Shown here: one piece after another, positions 7,892-15,310 of the stretch | How positions within the stretch are numbered: the stretch's first letter is position 1 | Layout of the letters: every line of letters starts with the position of its first letter | The notes under the pieces: generated by a model | The model's input: only the letters and a program-made list of their open reading frames with translations | What the model was told of the DNA's origin: nothing | Database searches by the model: none | Position numbers and translations under genes: made by a program | Virus record (IMG/VR): IMGVR_UViG_3300048577_000442 | Span: 1-34,075 of that record | Direction: 5' to 3' (one strand) | Source of the DNA: a virus | Taxonomy: Duplodnaviria > Caudoviricetes | DNA length: 34,075 nucleotides

Positions 7892-8896
7892 TCAATTCTC
7901 CCAGGTCGGCAGAGCCGTCATCATGTCGGGCTCTTCGATCCATTCCACGTTGGCAGCGTCGCTCTCAAACCCGACTGAGAAGTGATCCATGACAGGCGGA
8001 GCCTTGTAATCTGCAATTCCATCTGTGATGCCCATCTGCGCCAGTGCTCTGCATGCTCGGTCGGACAGTTCTTCTGTCGGCGGCAATGCTGGTGATCTTG
8101 TGATGACTGGCGCTGCCTGTGTGACTGGAGACGCTGAAAGACAAGTGATGACCTGATCACGTCGAGGCATCACTTGTCTGAATACAGGCATGTTGACATG
8201 CGGCTCTGCGATCTCATACAGCCCCCAGCATCCATCAGGCTTCACAACCTCACCTGCTGCGAGCAGCCGCCGCAACTGGGCACTGACAGTCGAGACGTTC
8301 GCTTCCAGGTCCGTGGCAAGCTTCCTGGGTGTGGATCTGCCCTGGCGAAGCTGATCCAGGATGCGGTCGTGCAATGTGTCAGGCCCAGTTTGCTTGGGTC
8401 TTCCCCTCTTGGTGTTTGTTTTCATAGTGTTATATCTCTCCCTCCTCTTCTCGTTCCGTTTGTTCTTCACTTTGTGAAGTTCAGGCTGGACTGCCTTTTC
8501 TACCTTTCGCAACAGCGCCGTCAGATGTGTCCGCAGTTGATCGGCGGTTGGATACCTGCCGTGATGGTGCATCCACGCCAGCACGACCCATCCCGTCTCG
8601 ACGAATGTCAGCCGATGCATGAAGCACACCCACGCCATGTGCTTTGCTGTGTCGGCAGTTGCCGCCTGCCAGTGCTGCTGGAATGTTCTCGTCGTGAACC
8701 AGAGGCCGAACAGCTTGTGATCGGCGGGCGGCTGGCTGTCGAACGATGAGGCTGTTTCATTCACTTTGTGAACGAACCAGACGAACCTTGGATCATCCTG
8801 ACGGCGGATGGAGAACTCAGGAACGTGTGACTTTGATGTCTCGGTTACGTGCTTGACGAGATCAGTGTTGATGGTACGATAAATAGTAGTAGTCAT
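7892..8896 (-). CDS. Putative replication initiator / origin-binding protein with winged HTH
   Basis: wHTH (RILDQLRQGRSTPRKLATDLEANVSTVSAQLRRLLAAGEVVK..GLY), AT-hook-like KRGRPK, adjacent to the iteron-like array. ATG at 8896 preferred over the track GTG at 8989. Function inferred from context. Confidence 0.55.
   Translation of the reverse strand: MTTTIYRTINTDLVKHVTETSKSHVPEFSIRRQDDPRFVWFVHKVNETASSFDSQPPADHKLFGLWFTTRTFQQHWQAATADTAKHMAWVCFMHRLTFVETGWVVLAWMHHHGRYPTADQLRTHLTALLRKVEKAVQPELHKVKNKRNEKRRERYNTMKTNTKRGRPKQTGPDTLHDRILDQLRQGRSTPRKLATDLEANVSTVSAQLRRLLAAGEVVKPDGCWGLYEIAEPHVNMPVFRQVMPRRDQVITCLSASPVTQAAPVITRSPALPPTEELSDRACRALAQMGITDGIADYKAPPVMDHFSVGFESDAANVEWIEEPDMMTALPTWEN
8853..8880 (+). 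promoter_or_regulatory. Sigma70-like promoter antisense to the rep-like gene
   Basis: TTGACG (8853-8858), 16 nt, TACGAT (8875-8880) with TGn extension; TAAATA overlaps at 8880-8885. Confidence 0.5.
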
Positions 8897-8943
8897 TTCA
8901 ATATCATGGCGCTTCTGGGTTCCACCCCCAGAAGCGCTTTTTT
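8887..8943 (+). ncRNA. Putative counter-transcribed antisense RNA (~55 nt) over the rep start codon
   Basis: Bounded by the predicted promoter and a plus-strand intrinsic terminator, complementary to the ATG at 8896 and its leader. The 5' end is approximate. Confidence 0.45.
8909..8943 (+). terminator. Intrinsic terminator
   Basis: Perfect 11-bp stem GCGCTTCTGGG / CCCAGAAGCGC, 7-nt loop, followed by T6. Confidence 0.75.
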
Positions 8944-8954
8944 GTGTCTGCTCG

Positions 8955-8962
8955 TATTTATA
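8955..8962 (-). promoter_or_regulatory. TATAAATA, exact T4 late promoter consensus, upstream of the rep-like gene
   Basis: Plus strand TATTTATA, flanked by the inverted repeat CTCGT...ACGAG (8951-8968). Confidence 0.65.
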
Positions 8963-8993
8963 CACGAGGCTCGTTTCAAACTCCCGCACTCAA

Positions 8994-9312
8994 CTCATGC
9001 GTAATCTTCGTACACGTAGGCGGGGGCAAGCCACTACCAAACGTCGTACACGTGATGCATCTCATGCATAATCTTCGTACACGTGCCGGCACCTAATTCG
9101 TGCAAAATCATCGTACACGTGCGGAAACTCGTGTCTAATCTTCATACACGTGGAAGAGACGGGTTTCGTGCGTTATCTTCGTACACGTCCTGAATCTCGT
9201 GCGTAATCTTCGTACACGTACGGAGACTCGTGCATAATTTTCGTCGCACTATGTACTCTATAGTAATAATAAAAAATATTCTAGAATGGTGCGACGAAGA
9301 TTTTGCACGAGT
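8994..9312. repeat. Iteron-like array with AT-rich core: putative replication origin
   Basis: 24-bp unit CTCGTGCRTAATCTTCGTACACGT starting at 8994, 9030 (degenerate), 9061, 9097, 9128, 9165, 9196 and 9227; AT-rich tract 9250-9288; inverted copy 9289-9312. Confidence 0.88.
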
Positions 9313-9854
9313 TGGAATGGATCAAGACTATCGTCGGGTGCTTGCACCCTCCGACCTCAGCCCCTACGGGGCTTCGGATCCTGATGGAGAAACCCTTTCA
9401 GGGGGTTGTAGAAACAGAGATGGAGAAGGGTAGATGGAGGAGGAGATCAGATGGATCAATCTCTACAGCCCACCAGAGGGGTGCCGCTTTCAGCGATAGG
9501 GATCCTGACACACATCAGAATGCCCATTCCAGAGGCTAGAAGGCATCAAGAAACGATCCACAGCGCTGTTCCCATGGGTTAGACACCCTGCCTACAATAA
9601 AACCAAACTGTTCCGGTTTTTGATGACGACATCAAATCCACACTCACACCAGATGAGTGCCGCCTTCGGCGAGAGAATCTGTCAGATCTAGATCCGTCCG
9701 TTCGCCTCTGGCTCACGGACGCTACGCATCCTCGTGATTGCTCTCTAGAGTGATTCTATAGATCTTGCTAATATCAATGGATACATTCGATATTGTACCA
9801 TTCCAATAACAACTGTCAAGGTTGCCTCGATCCGATCAAGTTCATACCTAGTTT

Positions 9855-9892
9855 GAACAAAGACACATCTACATCGAACAAAGCTACATCTA
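9855..9892. repeat. 17-bp direct repeat, 21-bp period, with CATCTA boxes
   Basis: GAACAAAGACACATCTA (9855) and GAACAAAGCTACATCTA (9876); similar to 13750-13782. Confidence 0.65.
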
Positions 9893-9921
9893 GTTGACAA
9901 GGTTCGTCTTCGACCAACTCA

Positions 9922-9927
9922 TAAATA
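9922..9927 (+). promoter_or_regulatory. TAAATA T4-late-like promoter motif
   Basis: aTAAATAa, 18 nt before ATG 9946. Confidence 0.65.
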
Positions 9928-9945
9928 ACTCATAGGCATCACTCT

Positions 9946-10296
9946 ATGAGCATTTCCAATTACCTCGAAAACAAAATCCTGACCGACAACCTGACGGGCT
10001 CCTGCATCTCCCTCCACACTGCTGATCCTGGTGAAACTGGAACCTCCGAAGTCACTGGTGGTTCCTATGCACGCAAGTCCTGGACCTTTTCCGGTCCGTC
10101 CAATGGCGTCATCACGTCATCGGCTACAGTCCTTTTCACAGGCATGCCAGCATGTACAGTGACGCACTTCGGCGTCTGGGATTCGGCGACAGGCGGCAAC
10201 TGCCTGTGGACTGGTCCTGCCACTGCCAGCAAGACCTATGGCGCTGGCGATACTGCCGAGATCACTTCTGGCACTCTCTCCATAACCATCGACTAG
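9946..10296 (+). CDS. Virion fibre/appendage-associated structural protein
   Basis: SNYLENKIL..LHTADPGE..EV.GGSYAR..TVTHFGVWD.ATGGN.L motif typical of small phage fibre-associated proteins. Confidence 0.75.
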   Translation: MSISNYLENKILTDNLTGSCISLHTADPGETGTSEVTGGSYARKSWTFSGPSNGVITSSATVLFTGMPACTVTHFGVWDSATGGNCLWTGPATASKTYGAGDTAEITSGTLSITID

Positions 10297-10298
10297 TC

Positions 10299-10481
10299 AT
10301 GGACTCCATCCAAATCCAGGTCCGGTTCACAATCGACAACTACTCAGACGCCTTGTACTACACCCTCGACGAGTGGCCGTCAGTGACGCCAGAACGCATC
10401 GAGACAGACAAGCAGGCCCGCTACGACGATTGGGTGACGAGGATTGCGGCCATGAGTCAGATGGAAACCACAGAGGAGTAG
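10299..10481 (+). CDS. Hypothetical protein
   Basis: ATG 2 nt after the previous stop; 60 aa; fills the gap up to 10488. Confidence 0.6.
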   Translation: MDSIQIQVRFTIDNYSDALYYTLDEWPSVTPERIETDKQARYDDWVTRIAAMSQMETTEE

Positions 10482-10487
10482 AGCAGG

Positions 10488-13238
10488 ATGGGAAATCGGT
10501 ATTGGGTAGGCGGAACCGCAACCTGGGACGCCACGGCAGGCGCTAAGTGGAGCAGTGTCTCTGGTGGAGTCGCTGGAGCATCAGTGCCGACATCAGCGGA
10601 TGACGTGTATTTCACTGGCGCCTCAGGTTCAGGCACAGTCACGCTGTCATCCGCTTCCACCTGCCGGAATCTGACTGCTACTGCCTACACAGGCAGACTC
10701 GACCATCCGACATCGATCACACTACCTATCGCTGGCTCACTGGCTTTCGGTAGCGGGATGACATACACGTTGGGCAATGCCTCAACCTCCGCAATCAACT
10801 TCACCAGCACCAGCACTGGGAACACCATCACAACCGCTGGGAAGGCACTCGGCAATATCACCTTCAGTGGTGCGGGTGGATCCTGGCAAAATCAGGACGA
10901 CCTGACGGCCACTGGTGGCACGATCACATTGACTGCGGGCGAATGGGACACCGGAAACCGATCCATCACTGCGGTCAGTTTCTCCTCTGCCAATTCCAAC
11001 GTACGTACGTTCACACCTGGGTCATCCAATTTGACCTTTACGGGCACTTCGCCTGCCTGGACAACCAGCACGCACACCAACATGACGGTCACGGCTAACA
11101 CGGCTACCGTCACATTCACGGGCACGTCGCCGAACCTGCTTTTCGGCTCCTCACGAGACTGGAACGGCATGAGCATCAATCTGCCTGGATCAGGTTCGCC
11201 AATTATCAACGGAGCGGGTTGTGTGTTTTCATCCGTCACCAGAACCGGAACCGCTGTTACGACTGATGGCCTCTTTGTTTCTGGTGATTTCGCCGTGACG
11301 AGCGGATGGACGCTTGCAGGCAACAGCCAAACGAACCGTCTCCTCGTCACTGGCAACATTGCTGGCACGCAACGTACCATCACGAACACTGGGGCGACGA
11401 TGACCTGGAGCAATGTAGACTTCGAGGACATCGGCCTTTCTAGCGCCTACAATGCTTCAGCGATCACTGGTGGTTGTGGTGATTGCGGCGGTAACTCTAA
11501 CATCACGTTCACATCTCCGTCCACTCAGACATGGTCTGGGACGGCATCAGGATCATGGTCAGGCAACTCGTGGACCAGTCGGATGCCTCTACCCCAAGAC
11601 AACGTGGTGATTGCATCAGCCTTTTCTCCGACTGGCAGGGTTGTCACTGTAGACGTACCTCGCATGGGTGCCTCTATCGACTTCACAGGAACAACGGGCA
11701 ATCCGGCACTTACATTCACATCCGGGATCACCAGCAACATCTTTGGATCCTTGACACTTGTCAGCGCAATGTCTGTTGCCAACATCAACACTGTCATTCA
11801 GTTCGCTGGACGAGGATCTTACACGCTCACGACAGCGGGGCAGTTGATCGCACCACAAATTGTTCTCAACGCTCCTGGCGGCACGCTTACGATGCAGGAT
11901 GCGCTGACGGCAGGCCGCAACTTGACCGTCACCATGGGCACATTGACGACATCCGGCTATGCCGTGGCTGTTCAGACAGCAATGGCGTTGAATAGCAGCG
12001 CATTAGCTTACCTCAACCTCATATCAAGCACTGTGACACTGACTGGGACGGGTGCAATTTGGAATGCCCAAACGAACGGCACGCTGAACGCAGGCACATC
12101 AACAATCGTGCTCACCAACACGACCGCCGCAGCAAAGTCATTCACGTCGTCAGGCACGAAGAGTTATTCGACTGTGACCATGGCGGGAGACAACGTCACC
12201 GTCAACAACACTGGCACGGCCTCGATAGGCACACTGGCGGTCAACACGGCTGGTCTCCCGACAGGCCTCAAGCTGACATCGGGTCAAACCATCCCGGTCG
12301 GCAATGTGACCAGCAATGGAACCGCAGGGAATCTGGCGAAGCTGTCGAGCACGACATCAGGCTCAGCGGCACTACTGACGTCATCGTCGTCACAGATCGC
12401 AGTGGACTACATGTCGATCCAGGACATCACGGCAGCGGGAACCGCTACGTGGTATGCCGGGTCTCATTCAACTGATGTCTCTGGCAATACAGGTTGGCTC
12501 TGGAGTGATCCGTCAGTGGGATCAACGATTGCAATCGCTGGTGCGCTGACGGGCTCAGGTTCCCTATCGGGCGCACAGGTCCGTCGAGCAATCCTACAGG
12601 CCGCTCTGGCAGGCAATGGATCGATGGTCGGGACGCTCCGCAAGCGCATCCTGATCGCATCGAACCTCTCAGGATCCGGCACGCTCTCCGCCACACCAAA
12701 GAGACGAGTCCTCATCTCGTCAAACATGACGGGAACAGGATCGCTATCAGGCACAGTCACCAGACGGGCCATTCTGGCAGCAAATCTGGCTGGGATCGGA
12801 TCACTGTCCGGAACCATAACCCGACGGGCTTTGATCGGGGCTAACCTCACTGGGACAGGCTCCCTCACAGGAGCACTCTTCGGTGCGGGTGGATTGACCA
12901 TCCCCATCGCTGGAGCACTATCAGGCACGGGTTCGATGACGGCCACTATGGTCCGTCGCAAACTCATGCAGGCCGCACTGACAGGCACGTCGAGCATGAC
13001 TGGTTCCATGGTTCGCCGTCAGCCGATCACAGGAGCACTGACAGGCACATCAGGCCAGACAGTGACACTGGTCACCAGAAAACAACTGGCCGCAGCGCTG
13101 GCAGGCCAAGGTTCGCTCATCGGCTCTCTAGCTGGAATCCAGGTGATTCAGAGGGTCAGATCATTCTCACCTGTCATTGCAGGACCAAGGCCTGTATCGA
13201 ACACCATCACCAACACAAGACCCGTCAGCCGGGACTGA
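10488..13238 (+). CDS. Large Gly/Ser/Thr-rich beta-solenoid fibre/adhesin-like protein
   Basis: RYWVGG..W..VPTSADDVYF start, beta-repeat body, ten ~20-aa C-terminal repeats (xLxGxGSLxGxxxRR). Confidence 0.75.
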   Translation: MGNRYWVGGTATWDATAGAKWSSVSGGVAGASVPTSADDVYFTGASGSGTVTLSSASTCRNLTATAYTGRLDHPTSITLPIAGSLAFGSGMTYTLGNASTSAINFTSTSTGNTITTAGKALGNITFSGAGGSWQNQDDLTATGGTITLTAGEWDTGNRSITAVSFSSANSNVRTFTPGSSNLTFTGTSPAWTTSTHTNMTVTANTATVTFTGTSPNLLFGSSRDWNGMSINLPGSGSPIINGAGCVFSSVTRTGTAVTTDGLFVSGDFAVTSGWTLAGNSQTNRLLVTGNIAGTQRTITNTGATMTWSNVDFEDIGLSSAYNASAITGGCGDCGGNSNITFTSPSTQTWSGTASGSWSGNSWTSRMPLPQDNVVIASAFSPTGRVVTVDVPRMGASIDFTGTTGNPALTFTSGITSNIFGSLTLVSAMSVANINTVIQFAGRGSYTLTTAGQLIAPQIVLNAPGGTLTMQDALTAGRNLTVTMGTLTTSGYAVAVQTAMALNSSALAYLNLISSTVTLTGTGAIWNAQTNGTLNAGTSTIVLTNTTAAAKSFTSSGTKSYSTVTMAGDNVTVNNTGTASIGTLAVNTAGLPTGLKLTSGQTIPVGNVTSNGTAGNLAKLSSTTSGSAALLTSSSSQIAVDYMSIQDITAAGTATWYAGSHSTDVSGNTGWLWSDPSVGSTIAIAGALTGSGSLSGAQVRRAILQAALAGNGSMVGTLRKRILIASNLSGSGTLSATPKRRVLISSNMTGTGSLSGTVTRRAILAANLAGIGSLSGTITRRALIGANLTGTGSLTGALFGAGGLTIPIAGALSGTGSMTATMVRRKLMQAALTGTSSMTGSMVRRQPITGALTGTSGQTVTLVTRKQLAAALAGQGSLIGSLAGIQVIQRVRSFSPVIAGPRPVSNTITNTRPVSRD

Positions 13239-13248
13239 GGTACACACA

Positions 13249-13497
13249 ATGAATTACTTCGAGCAATCCGCTACCGAGAAACTGGCCTACAGCCAGACCA
13301 TCAGTAGAGACACCATCACGACCGCCGCATGGACCATCACGCCATCTGCCACGCTGGCACCGCAAGCAACCACTACTGACACAGCGACGTGCATGGTGTC
13401 GGGCCTGACATCCGGCACCACGTACACACTGACCGTGCTCATGACGTGTGGCTCAGGGCAGATCGTCGAGCGCAATGTAACGATAGCCTGTGTTTAA
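13249..13497 (+). CDS. Small beta-sandwich fibre adaptor-like protein
   Basis: ATG at 13249 after GAGGT; ITTAAWTI...SG.T.GTTY.LT...T.GSGQ..ER.V.I. Confidence 0.6.
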   Translation: MNYFEQSATEKLAYSQTISRDTITTAAWTITPSATLAPQATTTDTATCMVSGLTSGTTYTLTVLMTCGSGQIVERNVTIACV

Positions 13498-13515
13498 TGC
13501 TGGCGAAATGCCGAT

Positions 13516-13773
13516 ATGTTCATCGGCAACCACGATTCACTCATTGATCACCTATTCGCCTCATTCAAGGACGAGCAACCCGTCTACTACGATGTGTTGC
13601 TCATCATCCTGAGGCGACGTGGCATGACGCAGCGTCTCTTTCGAGAGAAGTACGGCATCAAAACGGCAAAGGCGTATTGCATAATCCGAAGTGAAGCGTT
13701 AACCGCATTCAGATCACATCTTCATAGAGCATGGCGTGTCAAGCATCGTAGACATATCTACATGAAACACTAG
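13516..13773 (+). CDS. Small basic protein, possible HTH (sigma region-4/late activator-like)
   Basis: RGMTQRLFREKYGIKTAKAYCIIRSEALTAFR resembles a terminal HTH; weak. Confidence 0.4.
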   Translation: MFIGNHDSLIDHLFASFKDEQPVYYDVLLIILRRRGMTQRLFREKYGIKTAKAYCIIRSEALTAFRSHLHRAWRVKHRRHIYMKH

Positions 13774-13780
13774 ATACATC

Positions 13781-13815
13781 TAAATACTGTTGTGCTTTGG
13801 AGAGCACGACGGTAT
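13781..13815 (+). promoter_or_regulatory. TAAATA motif plus RBS/start-masking hairpin
   Basis: TAAATA 13781-13786; 14-bp stem ATACTGTTGTGCTT / GAGCACGACGGTAT with G-U pairs, spanning GGAG and the AT of ATG 13814. Confidence 0.7.
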
Positions 13816-14302
13816 GAACAGAACAACAATCCATCACAACGGATTCAGAGTCCGCAGCATCCCAGAACTTACAAAGAAAGAGATCCGCCGCTTCTGGAAC
13901 AAAGTCGACATCGGCACTCACAACGAATGCTGGAACTGGACGGCATCCACATCATTTGGCGGTTACGGTCAGTTCTCGATTCAACATGACAATTGGAAAG
14001 CGCCACGAGTTGCCTACTTTCTCTATTATGGAATAGATCCCGCAGAGCGTATGATCCTACACTCGTGCGATAATCGTCGCTGTTGCAATCCTCATCATCT
14101 TAGAACCGGAACGCCCAAAGACAATGCACACGACGCAATCAACAGAGGGCGTCATGTATGCACACGAACTGGAACGGTACTGGATCAAGAGGCGAGAGAG
14201 ATCGTGAGGATGTTTGATCGTCGTCGCCTGTCAAGAACACACATTGCGATCATCATGGGTGTCTCGCCTGCAACTATCACGAACATCTGCCGCAATGAAT
14301 AG
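13814..14302 (+). CDS. HNH homing-type endonuclease with C-terminal HTH
   Basis: RFWNKVD..CWNWT..GYGQF..APRVAY..ILHSCDNRRCCNPHHL..GT..DN..D, then an HTH. Confidence 0.9.
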   Translation: MNRTTIHHNGFRVRSIPELTKKEIRRFWNKVDIGTHNECWNWTASTSFGGYGQFSIQHDNWKAPRVAYFLYYGIDPAERMILHSCDNRRCCNPHHLRTGTPKDNAHDAINRGRHVCTRTGTVLDQEAREIVRMFDRRRLSRTHIAIIMGVSPATITNICRNE

Positions 14303-14402
14303 CGAAGAGTACCAAGAGATACAGGAATTGATTGTCGCCCTAGCTGAACGCCTAGAGCGAAAGATGGCTATGCTTAGTGCGCTGATCAGCGATCTTGGGT
14401 AG
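14295..14402 (+). CDS. Very small hypothetical protein
   Basis: ATG overlaps the end of the HNH gene; 35 aa, amphipathic helix. Confidence 0.35.
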   Translation: MNSEEYQEIQELIVALAERLERKMAMLSALISDLG

Positions 14403-14408
14403 CCGCCA

Positions 14409-14774
14409 ATGCCCTCCAAGCTCCCAACACGTTGCCGCAACCACCACAAGGGCTGTCCCGCTCTCACGACAAATAAGAACGGCTGGTGCGACGAGCATCA
14501 GCCAATCGCATTCAGTCTCTTCGGCGAACGCAAGAAGACGGAACATCGTAGACTCTACAACACACCCGCATGGCGCAAGCTCAGATTGGCCGTGTTGGCA
14601 GAGGATCCCCTTTGTGCGGAGTGCCTGAAGGGAGGCTTGACTGTCGGCGCTACGGACGTGGATCACATCATCGACCTGGCTAACGCACCGGAACTTGCCC
14701 TGGTGCGAGCCAACCTTCAGTCGCTCTGCCATCCATGCCATTCGAAGAAGACGATTTCCAAGATGGCTCTCTAG
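14409..14774 (+). CDS. Terminase-associated HNH endonuclease (HK97 gp74-like)
   Basis: YNTPAWRKLR..L..DPLCAEC..ATDVDHI..NLQSLCHPCHSKKT. Confidence 0.9.
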   Translation: MPSKLPTRCRNHHKGCPALTTNKNGWCDEHQPIAFSLFGERKKTEHRRLYNTPAWRKLRLAVLAEDPLCAECLKGGLTVGATDVDHIIDLANAPELALVRANLQSLCHPCHSKKTISKMAL

Positions 14775-15072
14775 TTGGAACCATTCTACACAGGACTTCC
14801 AAGGTTGCCGAAATGTCAATACAACAAAGCGTCAAAGTGTCAAAACGGTAAAGGATCAAACATCAAATCGTAAAAACGTCAAAACCGTAATTCGTCATGT
14901 CAAATCCGCTCTCAAGCAGTATCAGTGAATGAGCTTGGAACGTCTTGAAAGAAGGCGCTTGACTTTTATCATTCAATTGATGATAGTTGCTATTAAGACC
15001 GAATCGCTAGAAAGAGGAATCTCCGGTCAAGTAGCCGGGCCTGTCCTCTCCACTAGCAGAAAGGAGAATCCT

Positions 15073-15210
15073 ATGGCAGCCAAGCAAGGTGGCAACAGCG
15101 GCGGAGGCAAATCTCGCAGCGCAAAGACTGGCGAGTATGTCAAACCCGAGTACGCCAAGAAGCACCCCGCCACTACGGTAGTCGAAAAAGACCAGCCAAA
15201 GAAGAAGTAG
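15073..15210 (+). CDS. Small basic protein (RSAKTGEYV..YAKKHPATTVVE type)
   Basis: Strong SD AAGGAGA at 15061; 45 aa. Confidence 0.7.
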   Translation: MAAKQGGNSGGGKSRSAKTGEYVKPEYAKKHPATTVVEKDQPKKK

Positions 15211-15310
15211 CTAGTGCCTGCGCATAGCGGCCTGAAGTAACCGGGCCGCAGCATCTATGATGTTCGGTGAGGTAGATTAACGTGATAGTACTGCAAGAAA
15301 GTCAGGCGAC

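Noticed and set aside
8994-9250. CRISPR or mini-CRISPR array
   Set aside because: Inter-repeat segments are only 7-13 bp, the repeats are degenerate, one copy is inverted across an AT-rich tract, and there are no cas genes. An iteron origin fits better.
10892-13009. Long minus-strand ORFs opposite the fibre gene (likewise opposite TMP, the GT and the tail gene)
   Set aside because: Shadow ORFs of repetitive or GC-rich coding sequence; the plus-strand proteins carry recognisable motifs.
15228-15250. Hairpin GCGGCCTG/CGGGCCGC as a terminator
   Set aside because: No U-tract follows, so it is not supportable as an intrinsic terminator.
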